From positions 343 through 64,342 of the forward strand of contig JBAZTA010000004.1 in NCBI GenBank assembly GCA_041662125.1: a stretch of DNA of 64,000 bases. Reading direction: 5' to 3'. A model generated the notes under the pieces. It did not search any database. It was not told the DNA's origin and saw only the letters and a list, made by a program, of their open reading frames with translations. Of the stretch, positions 55,042 through 64,000 are shown one piece after another. Each line of letters starts with the position of its first letter. Position 1 is the stretch's first letter. The DNA comes from Candidatus Omnitrophota bacterium (GTDB taxonomy: Bacteria; Omnitrophota; Gorgyraeia; Gygaellales; Profunditerraquicolaceae). A program made the translations under genes and the position numbers.

Positions 55042-56811
55042 TTATTGTTTTAACGGTTTATACGCGCTCCCGCTCCAGGTCACGCTCGCGTGCCCGGAAA
55101 ATTCCAATACATTTAACCTGACACCGTGCACTAACACCGACATCGGGCCTAAAACAATATTTAAACCATGCCCGACAATAAGGATCATAACGCCCACCAG
55201 CGCAGCCGGCCCGCCGCCTTTGCCTAAACTTGCCGACATACTATTACATGTTTCGGCAATTGCCATTCCCGCCATCCCTACCGCGAAAAGACGGACATAC
55301 GATACCACATCAGTAAAATTATTCATCAGGCTTAATGCCACTGCCCCTAATCCCTCGCCGACACTTTTAAACATATTTCTTTGAGGATTAGTAAATAAAA
55401 CCACCAACATAATACCTGAACAAAGGATCCAGGGGACAAAGACCGGCAAGGTATCTGCCAGGATAAGCATTTTAGCGAAAAAATAAGAGCTCCAAAGAAC
55501 GCAGATCCAGCCAACATCAGCCAGAGCGGTCAAAGAAGGCCATTTTAATGCTACCCGCCACGAATGCGCAATCGTGAGATGAAGCGCTCCGAGGAAAAAA
55601 CAAAATGCCTGCATGAATTTAGTGTCATTTAAAATCGGGACAAGGGGTCGTAAACCAATTTTTACAAACCATTCCTGGCCAAAGAAAGCCCCTGTTAATA
55701 ACCCCCAGATAATGGCACAGGAACTTAAAACATAGAGAAGAGGAAACAGATGTTTATCTTTTATCTTAGCCCCTAGTTTTTTCTGCGCGAACATGGTTAA
55801 AGCAAAATATGCCAGCCCGTACCCGGCGTCTCCTATCAGTATCCCGAAAAAAACACTAAAGAAAATAAAGAACACGGCACTGACATCCAGTTCGCGATAG
55901 CCGGGGATAATTTCCAGAAGTTTAAAAACAGGATTAATAAGAGAAACCCAGCGGGGATTACGGATCAACACCGGAACTTCCTCCTCATCAGCAGGCGTAT
56001 CGATCGCGATGCCCCATTGTTCCTTTCGGGCAGCCGCAGATACTATTTCAACGGTATCAACCGGGATAAAACCTTCTAAATAAACGATGCTCTTCTCCTG
56101 CCCCATCCCGCGTAAAGCTTCCTGGAATTCCATCTCTTTTTCCAATTCGCCTTTAATATATTGCAAACGCTGCCGGATACATATAAATTTATGGATATCC
56201 TTACGAATATTCTCCATTGCCGCGTTATCCTGTGCCAACCGCGCTTTCATTGCCGCAAGGCCCATTTTCGGCAGGATAAGCTCCTTAAAGGGAATATCTA
56301 TTTTTTCACGGGAAATAATCGCGCAATAAATCATGCCTTTTTCAGCCGATACTGTCTTAACGACCGCTTCTGCCGGAATACGGGACAACTCAGGGGCTGG
56401 TATTTTATAGAGGCGGATATAAATATTCTTTTCAGCTAAATCCTTGAAAGCATCGGGATTAAAGTCGCCCCATGGTTCCCATTCGCTGATATTATGTATG
56501 ATACTCTTAGAATATTCCTGCAGCTGGTCCATACGTTTGTGCAAATCAATGATATGTTTAGCGGTATATTTCCAGTCAAGGGGCTCCTGCGCCATCTCCA
56601 TACACGCTAAATCCTTAATTTCATATTTGAACAATATCTCTATGGCTTCACCGATAAAAGTAATATCTTCCTGAAGGCTGACAATATCTTTCCCGCGGGG
56701 AGCCTGGATGTGCCGCACATGCACTATTCCCAAAGAACGCAGCATACGCAAAGCAGAAAGGTTATCCTTCTCTTGCACCAGTAATGTGATCTTTTTCATT
56801 GGGACTATCAT
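55042..56811 (-). CDS. atpI: V-type ATPase subunit I (a-subunit, stator/proton channel)
   Basis: 589 aa. Soluble N-terminal half with coiled coil, then a C-terminal polytopic membrane domain with the conserved Arg-containing helix (..YVRLFAVGMAG..). Confidence 0.85.
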   Translation of the reverse strand: MIVPMKKITLLVQEKDNLSALRMLRSLGIVHVRHIQAPRGKDIVSLQEDITFIGEAIEILFKYEIKDLACMEMAQEPLDWKYTAKHIIDLHKRMDQLQEYSKSIIHNISEWEPWGDFNPDAFKDLAEKNIYIRLYKIPAPELSRIPAEAVVKTVSAEKGMIYCAIISREKIDIPFKELILPKMGLAAMKARLAQDNAAMENIRKDIHKFICIRQRLQYIKGELEKEMEFQEALRGMGQEKSIVYLEGFIPVDTVEIVSAAARKEQWGIAIDTPADEEEVPVLIRNPRWVSLINPVFKLLEIIPGYRELDVSAVFFIFFSVFFGILIGDAGYGLAYFALTMFAQKKLGAKIKDKHLFPLLYVLSSCAIIWGLLTGAFFGQEWFVKIGLRPLVPILNDTKFMQAFCFFLGALHLTIAHSWRVALKWPSLTALADVGWICVLWSSYFFAKMLILADTLPVFVPWILCSGIMLVVLFTNPQRNMFKSVGEGLGAVALSLMNNFTDVVSYVRLFAVGMAGMAIAETCNSMSASLGKGGGPAALVGVMILIVGHGLNIVLGPMSVLVHGVRLNVLEFSGHASVTWSGSAYKPLKQ

Positions 56812-57422
56812 ACCAGAGCCTCTTCCAACTCAGCTTCTTCTATTTTTCTTTTCGCGATCTTACTGCGGCCGACCGCGTTTGCCATCTGGTCTCCGATATA
56901 GATCTTGATCAACCGTATCGCTTCTTCCGCTTCAGGGATCTTGACTTTTTCAAAAAGATTGACCCGCTGTGTAGTAACGCGCAACTCCTGCCTTAAGACC
57001 TGGACACCTCTTTGAACCACGATGATCTCCTGCTGCAAAGAAACAAGGGTTTTACATGCCTCGACTGCCGCATCAACCCATAAGGGCGCCAAGAACAGAT
57101 CATATTCAAGGACCTCAAAATCAACACTGCTCAATACCGGAACATCGACTCCCGCGATATTCTTAGTATCTCTATTCACGCGCAGAAGCTTTACCAGAGA
57201 GCCGATCTTGACCCCTTGATCAGCAAGCACCCCTGCCCATGGCTCAAAAGCCTTGCGCTTGAGTTCTAATGCCAAGAGCTTTTCAGCCAGGAGGCTGTTC
57301 TGCCGGATGATCTCTATCTGCAATTGCTGTTTCTTAAGTTGCAGCGTAGGGAGATAGCGCGCGTACTGTTTAAGCGCATCCCGCTGTTTCTTGAGCTCTC
57401 CCTTAGTTAATTTAATCTTCAT
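56808..57422 (-). CDS. atpD: V-type ATPase subunit D (central stalk)
   Basis: MKIKLTKGELKKQRDALKQYARYLPTLQLKKQQLQ is the classic subunit D N-terminus. 204 aa. Confidence 0.85.
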   Translation of the reverse strand: MKIKLTKGELKKQRDALKQYARYLPTLQLKKQQLQIEIIRQNSLLAEKLLALELKRKAFEPWAGVLADQGVKIGSLVKLLRVNRDTKNIAGVDVPVLSSVDFEVLEYDLFLAPLWVDAAVEACKTLVSLQQEIIVVQRGVQVLRQELRVTTQRVNLFEKVKIPEAEEAIRLIKIYIGDQMANAVGRSKIAKRKIEEAELEEALV

Positions 57423-57445
57423 ACATACACCTTATTACCTATGGA

Positions 57446-58738
57446 CTATTTCGGCCAATACTCCTCAATCAATGATTTCTTGATCCCGGTTTCTTCAGGA
57501 GCAAAACATTCCCGCAATATCATCCATGCCTTATCCAAAGCTTTTTCCAGGGGGATATTCAACTTAAGCGACATCATTTCCTGTTCAAATAGAACCCCGT
57601 ATTTCAAAAGTTTTTTATCCCAGCTGCTCATCTGAAAACCCATTGATTGTTTCTCGCGGGTCTCCCGATAATTGGCAAATAACTGGATCAGGGTATCCAT
57701 AATAACGCGATGGTCGCTCCTGGTATTGCCGTTTACCTGCTGCTTTAAACGGCTGAGCGACCCAAACGGTTCGATAACTCCGTTCTTCAAATAAAACTGC
57801 CCTTCGGTTATATAGCCGGTATTATCAGGGACCGGATGAGTCACATCATCCCCGGGCATGGTGGTCGCAGCGAGGATAGTAATGGAGCCGGCGGTATCAA
57901 AATCAACCGCTTTTTCATAACGGGAAGCCAGTTGGCTGTAAAGATCTCCGGGATATCCTCTATTGGAAGGGACCTGCTCCATCGTGATCGCGACTTCTTT
58001 TAAGGCATCACAAAAATTAGTCATATCGGTCAAAAGCACCAAAACCCGCTTATTGGCAAGCGCGAACTGCTCGGCGACCGCTAAACAAATATCAGGGACA
58101 AGCAGGCACTCGACCGTCGGATCTGCCGCGGTATGCATAAAAAAGATAGAGCGCGAAAGCGCGCCGTGCGCCTGCAACGTTTCTTTAAAAGAAAGGTATT
58201 CGTCGTATTTAAGGCCTAGGCCGCCTAAAATAATAATATCGATCTCCGCCTGGATGGCGATACGCGCCAGTAATTCATTATACGGCTCACCCGCGATAGA
58301 AAAAATGGGCAGCTTCTGCGACTCGACCAATGAATTAAAGACATCGATCATGGGAAGGCCGGTACGGATCATTTTATTGGGAATGATCCTTTTAACCGGG
58401 TTGACCGGCGGCCCGCCGATATCAATGAGATTTTCCGAAAGAGCCACGCCCTTGTCCAAAGGAACGCCGCTTCCGTTAAAGATCCTGCCGAGCAGGTTCT
58501 CTCCGCTTGCGATACGCATCGGGTGTCCCAGAAAACGGACCTTATCTCCCGTCGAAATACCCTTACTCCCGGCAAAGACCTGCAACGAGACTTTTTTGCC
58601 GTCGAGCCTGATGACCTGGGCAAGCGAGACTTCCCGGCGGGTCGTGACTTCGGCGATATCCATATAACCGACGCCTTCGGCTTCCACGGTGATCACATCG
58701 CCGGCGATCTGAATGATATTCGTATATACCTTATGCAT
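57446..58738 (-). CDS. atpB: V-type ATPase subunit B (regulatory)
   Basis: 430 aa. A3B3-family fold without a canonical P-loop (..[16 protein letters not shown]..). Confidence 0.85.
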   Translation of the reverse strand: MHKVYTNIIQIAGDVITVEAEGVGYMDIAEVTTRREVSLAQVIRLDGKKVSLQVFAGSKGISTGDKVRFLGHPMRIASGENLLGRIFNGSGVPLDKGVALSENLIDIGGPPVNPVKRIIPNKMIRTGLPMIDVFNSLVESQKLPIFSIAGEPYNELLARIAIQAEIDIIILGGLGLKYDEYLSFKETLQAHGALSRSIFFMHTAADPTVECLLVPDICLAVAEQFALANKRVLVLLTDMTNFCDALKEVAITMEQVPSNRGYPGDLYSQLASRYEKAVDFDTAGSITILAATTMPGDDVTHPVPDNTGYITEGQFYLKNGVIEPFGSLSRLKQQVNGNTRSDHRVIMDTLIQLFANYRETREKQSMGFQMSSWDKKLLKYGVLFEQEMMSLKLNIPLEKALDKAWMILRECFAPEETGIKKSLIEEYWPK

Positions 58739-60479
58739 AGGTTGCTTCCTTCTTGCCTTTACGCTTACAATCGATTTCAGCGGTAATTTCCTGTTCTATT
58801 TTTTTGAATTCTTCACTCTGCCACTCTGAAGAATTCCACCCTTTAAAAAGCTGCCTTAATTTTTGAAAGAATTGCAGCGCTGCCTCTTTTTCATCAAAGG
58901 CGAATTCCGCGTCTAAGATCTGCTGGATGAAATTAAAAATGTATTTTTGCCTCTCGGCGGGAGTGGCCTCATCAACCGAATCAAATGCATCCTGCTGCAA
59001 ATAGACAGAATCAAAAAACTCTCCCTTGAGGTATTCCAGATAATCAGCTAAAGAAGTCCCTTCTTCGCCGATAACTTTCATCATCTGAGAGACATCATGA
59101 CTCTTGCGCAAGATATCATGCCCCCGCGCTGCCTGTTCTGCAGCGACAAAACTGGGATATTTACTCCAGCTGATCAAAGGGTCTATAGCCGGATACCTGC
59201 GGGCATTGGAACGCTCGCGGGAAAGGCCGTGGAAAGCGCCAACCACCTTAAGGGTTGCCTGGGTCACCGGCTCTTCAAAGTTTCCTCCGGCAGGGCTTAC
59301 CGTCCCTCCAATAGTAACAGACCCTGTTTTACCGTTGTATAAACGAACAACCCCTGAGCGTTCATAAAAAGAGGCGATGCGCGATTCAAGATACGCGGGG
59401 AACGCTTCTTCTCCGGGGATCTCTTCGAGCCTCCCGGACATCTCTCTCATGGCCTGGGCCCAACGGGAGGTAGAATCGGCCAAAAGCAAAACCTGCAGGC
59501 CCATCTGACGGTAATACTCAGCGATGGTCACCGCGGTATATACGCTTGATTCCCGGGCAGCCACCGGCATAGAACTGGTATTACAAATAATGACCGTCCG
59601 GTCGCTTAACGGTTTACCCGTGCGGGGATCGGTGATCTCAGGGAATGTTTTAAGCGTCTCAACGACTTCCCCTGCCCGCTCACCGCAGGCGGCGATAATA
59701 ACGATGTCGACTTCCGCGTGGCGGCTGGTAAGCTGCTGCAAAACTGTCTTTCCCGCGCCGAAAGGCCCGGGGATACAATAGGTGCCGCCGCGGGCAACCG
59801 GAAATAATGAATCGATCAAACGCATCTTCGTGACTAAGGGTTCTGTCGGCCTTAATTTCTCCTCATATGCCCGGATGGGAAGCTTCACCGGCCAGGTCTG
59901 TTTTAGATAAGCGTCATGGATTTTTCCGTCACGGTCTTTGAGTTGAGCGATACTCTGGCTGAAATTATATTTTCCCGGCTTGGCAATAGAAACAACTTCC
60001 TGCACACCGCGCAAATTAAACGGGACCATAATATAATGTGTAAACACCTTTTCCGAAACAAACCCCAGGGTTTCTCCGGGACGCAGGCGCTCTCCTATTT
60101 TACAGGCAGGGCTGAATTGCCAGTCTTGTTGGCCTGACAAAGCTTCCAGATACTCACCGCGCTTCAAGAAAAAACCCTGCTTCTGGGCGAGCAATGGCAA
60201 CGGATTCTGCAATCCATCAAATATCTGCCCCAAAAGCCCCGGGCCCAATTCTACGGAAAGCAGTTCATCGCTGAATTCAGCTTCATCTCCAATCAAGAGC
60301 CCCGCTGTGTCTTCATAAACCTGCATTTCCGCACGCGCTCCCCTGACACGGATCACTTCAGCTTTCAGGCGTTCTTGCCCATGAAGGATAAAAGCAACCT
60401 CGTTCTGAATAATAAACTCTTTTGTCTCAACGGTAACCATATTACCGTTTATCTTTACGATCCTTCCTTTTCTTTTCAT
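58731..60479 (-). CDS. atpA: V-type ATPase catalytic subunit A
   Basis: Walker [10 protein letters not shown]. 582 aa with the non-homologous insert region characteristic of A subunits. Confidence 0.9.
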   Translation of the reverse strand: MKRKGRIVKINGNMVTVETKEFIIQNEVAFILHGQERLKAEVIRVRGARAEMQVYEDTAGLLIGDEAEFSDELLSVELGPGLLGQIFDGLQNPLPLLAQKQGFFLKRGEYLEALSGQQDWQFSPACKIGERLRPGETLGFVSEKVFTHYIMVPFNLRGVQEVVSIAKPGKYNFSQSIAQLKDRDGKIHDAYLKQTWPVKLPIRAYEEKLRPTEPLVTKMRLIDSLFPVARGGTYCIPGPFGAGKTVLQQLTSRHAEVDIVIIAACGERAGEVVETLKTFPEITDPRTGKPLSDRTVIICNTSSMPVAARESSVYTAVTIAEYYRQMGLQVLLLADSTSRWAQAMREMSGRLEEIPGEEAFPAYLESRIASFYERSGVVRLYNGKTGSVTIGGTVSPAGGNFEEPVTQATLKVVGAFHGLSRERSNARRYPAIDPLISWSKYPSFVAAEQAARGHDILRKSHDVSQMMKVIGEEGTSLADYLEYLKGEFFDSVYLQQDAFDSVDEATPAERQKYIFNFIQQILDAEFAFDEKEAALQFFQKLRQLFKGWNSSEWQSEEFKKIEQEITAEIDCKRKGKKEATYA

Positions 60480-60507
60480 AGTCTTCTGAGCCTTTTTAAC
60501 GTACGAG

Positions 60508-61056
60508 TTAAGCTGGTCCTGCCTCTATATCCTTGAGCGTTTTATCCAATAAAACGCCCCTTTCGGCCAGGCGGATATTTTCCCAGCGAAGCAAAATTAA
60601 AAGTTTAAGCGCATACACGATCAAAAAATCAAAATCAAAGAAATGCCCCCCGGCTATTTCTTCTAATTTATTCCATCGCTCTTGGTCAAGGGTTTTCTCC
60701 GCTTCCAAAACTGAAACATTCCGGTACGCATGGAGCGCGATATGAGTAATATACGGCTCCACATATCCGTCATCCACACGCATATATTTTAACGGGTCGA
60801 TCTTTTTTCTCCCCGCACGGATTTTGACCAATTCATTCCTGAGGTCCCGGTCAAATTCATACCAGGTATCAAGCGTCGAATGGATACCGCCGTACGGATG
60901 CTCATCCATATGCGGGATTTCCGCAAGCACCAGCCTTTCCTTCTCAGGAATAAACCCCTCGCACAATTGCAGAAACCGCTCATAGGAAAAAGGTGGCTTA
61001 GCCCCAAACATAAGCATCGGGAGACTTGCTATAACATACGTATAATACTGTGCCAT
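60508..61056 (-). CDS. Conserved hypothetical protein of bacterial V-ATPase operons (DUF2764-like; position of subunit C/F)
   Basis: 182 aa between atpE and atpA. This is the gene order of Chlamydia/Bacteroidetes/Spirochaete-type V-ATPase operons. No motif was recognised. Confidence 0.4.
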   Translation of the reverse strand: MAQYYTYVIASLPMLMFGAKPPFSYERFLQLCEGFIPEKERLVLAEIPHMDEHPYGGIHSTLDTWYEFDRDLRNELVKIRAGRKKIDPLKYMRVDDGYVEPYITHIALHAYRNVSVLEAEKTLDQERWNKLEEIAGGHFFDFDFLIVYALKLLILLRWENIRLAERGVLLDKTLKDIEAGPA

Positions 61057-61059
61057 ATC

Positions 61060-61662
61060 CTAAACGTCCTTCAGGACCGCTTTCAGCGCCGGCTTTAAAT
61101 ACGCGCCGATATATTCGGCGAGCGCCTTATCGGTAAAATCAAAATGGGATTTTCCCCCGTCATAACTGATCACAAACCCTCCTAAAACATCTTCTGAAGG
61201 CTTCAGAGTGATCCCTGCCTTGAACTGGTCCTTAAGCTTCTCAATAAAATATTTTTCTAACGCCGCGCAATCTTCTTTTTTCAGCGAAACAATTGTCTGC
61301 GCATTTTCTTTGGCGCTTGCTTCCTTGATCAGTGACGCCAGGATCTTTGCCAACTCTTCAGGCGAAAGCGCCTGACGGATATTCGAGACAATCAGGGCAT
61401 CGAGGGTAGCAATAATCTCTTTCTTCAATCCCAAGAGCATATCCCGCGCTGCCTGGCCCAAAAGCGCTGTAGTATTTTTTTTCAGGAGAAACACCTCATC
61501 TTTGGCTGCCAAAACGATCCCATGAGCTTCAACAGTAGCTTTTTCAATGATCACCGCGGCCTTTTTCACAGCCTCTTTTTTTATTTCCCGCGCGTTTTCC
61601 TCGGCGGCCCTGACCCCTTCCTGGTTTATTTTTTCTATCAAATCTTTGATCTGCTCTGCCAT
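61060..61662 (-). CDS. atpE: V-type ATPase subunit E (peripheral stalk)
   Basis: 200 aa. Long N-terminal helix (MAEQIKDLIEKINQEGVRAAEENAREIKKEAVKKAAVIIEKA). First gene of the operon. Confidence 0.75.
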   Translation of the reverse strand: MAEQIKDLIEKINQEGVRAAEENAREIKKEAVKKAAVIIEKATVEAHGIVLAAKDEVFLLKKNTTALLGQAARDMLLGLKKEIIATLDALIVSNIRQALSPEELAKILASLIKEASAKENAQTIVSLKKEDCAALEKYFIEKLKDQFKAGITLKPSEDVLGGFVISYDGGKSHFDFTDKALAEYIGAYLKPALKAVLKDV

Positions 61663-61686
61663 AGTTATCTCCTACTCTCAATAATA

Positions 61687-62400
61687 TTATGCTTTACGAT
61701 GGATATCCCTGAGATATTCCTCGACGGCTTTTAACGGATCAGCCGCCTCCAAGATCGGACGGCCGACAACTAAAAAATCGCTTCCTGCTTTGACCGCCTC
61801 CGCCACAGTCGCGGTCCTTTTTTGGTCGTCAGCTGATTTTATATCAGGGCGGATGCCCGGGGTGACAATAACAAATTGCTGTTTAAGCTCTCCGCGCAAA
61901 AAAGCAGCCTCACGCACTGAACAAACAACCCCCCCTAACCCGCTTTCCAGGCTCTGCGCTGCTAAACGCAAAACTTCTCCCGGAGCCGCTTCCTGACTTG
62001 TCAAAACAGTGACCCCCAACAAAACAGGTTTTCTTATTTTAAGTTTTTCTGATTCCTCGGTTGCGGCACGGCTTGCGGCCTGAAGCATTACAGCCCCGCC
62101 GGAAGCATGCAACGTCATCATCTCTACCTGTTGCCCCACTGCCTGCCGGACCGCGCAGGCAACAGTATTCGGAATATCATGGAATTTCAAATCCAGAAAA
62201 ACACCCGCCCCTTTTTTACGAATATACTCTATGATAGACGGGCCTGCTTGTGTAAAAAGCTGTAAACCGACTTTAAAGATCTTGACCTGAGGATACAGGA
62301 TACTGATAAAATTGTGCGCCTTAGAAATAGTATCAACATCTAAAGCGAGTATAAGCTCAGGCGCGGCAGGTTGTTGGCCAGAAGAAGGCATTTGGCTCAT
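61687..62400 (-). CDS. pyrF: Orotidine 5'-phosphate decarboxylase
   Basis: LILALDV, DLKFHDIPNTV and VTVL motifs of the short-type OMPDC. Confidence 0.85.
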   Translation of the reverse strand: MSQMPSSGQQPAAPELILALDVDTISKAHNFISILYPQVKIFKVGLQLFTQAGPSIIEYIRKKGAGVFLDLKFHDIPNTVACAVRQAVGQQVEMMTLHASGGAVMLQAASRAATEESEKLKIRKPVLLGVTVLTSQEAAPGEVLRLAAQSLESGLGGVVCSVREAAFLRGELKQQFVIVTPGIRPDIKSADDQKRTATVAEAVKAGSDFLVVGRPILEAADPLKAVEEYLRDIHRKA

Positions 62401-63326
62401 AATTGTAATGACCCTCGCAATAATGAAATATCATTCATATTATTCTCTACAAGGTATTGCTTAATACCATCAATAATTTCTATACTGACGCCGGGATTAA
62501 TAAAATTCGCCGTGCCTATGGCGACAGCAGATGCACCGGCAATAAAAAATTCCAAGGCGCTTGCAGTATCCATGATCCCGCCCATCCCGATGACAGGGAT
62601 CTTTACCGCGCGAGAAGTTTCCCAAACCATTTTCACCGCAACCGGCCTGATAGCAGGCCCGCTTAATCCGGCAACACCAGCGGCAATTTTAGATTTCCGC
62701 GTATTAACATCAATACTCATCCCGGTAAGCGTATTGATCAAAGAAACCGCGTCACTTCCCGCGGTTTCGGCGGCAAGCGCTATATCACCGATACAGGTAA
62801 CATTAGGAGACAATTTAGTAATTAAAGATTTTTTGGTAACCTTACGGACTGCCCTTACTAAATCATAGGTCGCTTGAGGGTCTTGAGAAATCAAATGCCG
62901 CGCCTTTTCCACGTGAGGCTTCACATTGGGACAGGATATATTCAGTTCAATTGCGCCGATTTCTTTTACCGCATCAACAGCATCTACGATCTTAATAAAC
63001 TCATCAATGCCGCCTTGGGAAGCGACGCTTAAAATAATCGGAACCCCTGTTTTCTTTAAAAATCCCAGTTTGTCGCGCAAGAAAACATCTAATCCGGGAT
63101 TTTCTAATCCTATAGAATTAAGTAAACCCGCAGGCGTTTCACAGGTACGGGGCATGGGATTACCGGAACGAGGGAACAACGTTACCGTCTTGGTAACAAG
63201 AGCTCCCAGCTTCTTCAGATCAATAAAATCCTGGAATTCCTCTCCATAGCCAAAGGTGCCTGAACAAACCATTACCGGATTCTTCAAACACAACTTTCCT
63301 ATTTTTGTTGCAAGAGACGGATTCAT
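62397..63326 (-). CDS. pyrD: Dihydroorotate dehydrogenase catalytic subunit (class 1B)
   Basis: LKNPVMVCSGTFGYG, ENPGL, catalytic-Cys region NISCPN, IGMGGI. 4-nt overlap with pyrF. Confidence 0.85.
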   Translation of the reverse strand: MNPSLATKIGKLCLKNPVMVCSGTFGYGEEFQDFIDLKKLGALVTKTVTLFPRSGNPMPRTCETPAGLLNSIGLENPGLDVFLRDKLGFLKKTGVPIILSVASQGGIDEFIKIVDAVDAVKEIGAIELNISCPNVKPHVEKARHLISQDPQATYDLVRAVRKVTKKSLITKLSPNVTCIGDIALAAETAGSDAVSLINTLTGMSIDVNTRKSKIAAGVAGLSGPAIRPVAVKMVWETSRAVKIPVIGMGGIMDTASALEFFIAGASAVAIGTANFINPGVSIEIIDGIKQYLVENNMNDISLLRGSLQL

Positions 63327-63354
63327 GCGTTATTCATACTCCCTTTTACCCCTG

Positions 63355-64000
63355 TCACCAAACAAGAGAACCTGCCTCAAAGACAGGCCCGTCCTTACAG
63401 ACCCGTTTATATCCATTGGTAGTCTTGACCACGCACCCTAAACAGGCGCCGATACCGCAGGCCATATGCTCCTCTAACGATAGCTGCGCGGAGATATTTT
63501 TTTCACGGGCAATACGGCTTACTTCTTTTAACATCGGCTTGGGGCCGCAGGCATATATCGTAACAGGTAACTTGTAACGAGTAACTCGTAATACCTTCTC
63601 TAATAAATCGGTGACATAGCCTTTAAAACCAAGAGAGCCGTCGTCAGTAGATATCTTCACAGCATACCCAAATTTCTCCAATTCCTTTTTGCACATGATA
63701 TGTCTTTTAGTCTTACATCCGATTAAAACAAGGTTCTTTGCTTTTTGCTCACTGAATTTATCGCGCGCCAACTTTTCTGCAAGATAAGCAAGCGGAGCTA
63801 CACCCATACCCCCTGCTACAAGTATCGAGCATCGAGCATTCTGTATTGAGAAACCGTTCCCTAAGGGCCCAAGGATATCACAAAAATCTCCGGGTTTCTT
63901 TTCTGATAATGCTTGAGTACCCTTGCCGCGGACTTCATAAAGGATATCCACGGTTTGTTTTCTTTGATTAACCGCATGAACCCCGAACGGCCTGCGCAAT
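63355..64000 (-). CDS. pyrK: Dihydroorotate dehydrogenase electron-transfer subunit (FAD/NAD-binding, 2Fe-2S); N-terminus probably beyond the window end
   Basis: C-terminal CGIGACLGCVV and YKRVCKDGPVF give a 2Fe-2S Cys cluster. Ferredoxin-reductase-like fold (LVAGGMGVAPL). The ORF reaches 63999 of 64000, so it is likely truncated. Confidence 0.75.
   Translation of the reverse strand, partial: LRRPFGVHAVNQRKQTVDILYEVRGKGTQALSEKKPGDFCDILGPLGNGFSIQNARCSILVAGGMGVAPLAYLAEKLARDKFSEQKAKNLVLIGCKTKRHIMCKKELEKFGYAVKISTDDGSLGFKGYVTDLLEKVLRVTRYKLPVTIYACGPKPMLKEVSRIAREKNISAQLSLEEHMACGIGACLGCVVKTTNGYKRVCKDGPVFEAGSLVW

Overview
This is a 64 kb bacterial segment (diderm features: secretins, an Omp85 barrel, lipoproteins) in which every credible gene lies on the minus strand.

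Gene content, by coordinate:
- 1-26341: a very large type IV pilus (T4P)/T2SS-like region. It holds a complete T4aP set (pseudopilins, PilX-like, fused PilM-PilN, PilO, PilP, PilQ, TPR pilotin, PilB, PilC) with c-di-GMP/two-component regulators. Next to it is an atypical second secretin module: split secretin, PilP-like lipoprotein, HEXXH protein, ~1000-aa E/K-rich repetitive coiled-coil protein, MshE-like ATPase and the major pilin.
- 26472-32270: housekeeping genes (folC, purH, a YchF-like protein lacking its P-loop, an EF-G paralog).
- 32465-39459: an unusual KamA/radical-SAM + two ATP-grasp ligases + UPF0280 + HAD + PAC2-family + M20 cluster.
- 39488-46718: an operon with an M1-peptidase::Omp85 fusion, a PilZ-(alpha/alpha)6 hydrolase-like protein and a transglutaminase lipoprotein.
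- 46774-53776: pabC, pabB and assorted small genes.
- 54113-54370: tRNA-Asp and tRNA-Val.
- 54566-61662: a bacterial V-type ATPase operon (E, DUF2764-like, A, B, D, I, K).
- 61687-64000: pyrF, pyrD, pyrK.

Most novel-looking items:
- An excisionase-type HTH domain fused in-frame upstream of a prepilin leader/pseudopilin, with a standalone paralog at the head of the neighbouring operon.
- The second secretin module: a secretin split into two polypeptides and a tandem-repeat ER/K giant protein.
- The M1-Omp85 fusion.
- The beta-lysine-type (KamA) ligase cluster.

Family assignments are from motif recognition by eye only. No database searches were run.
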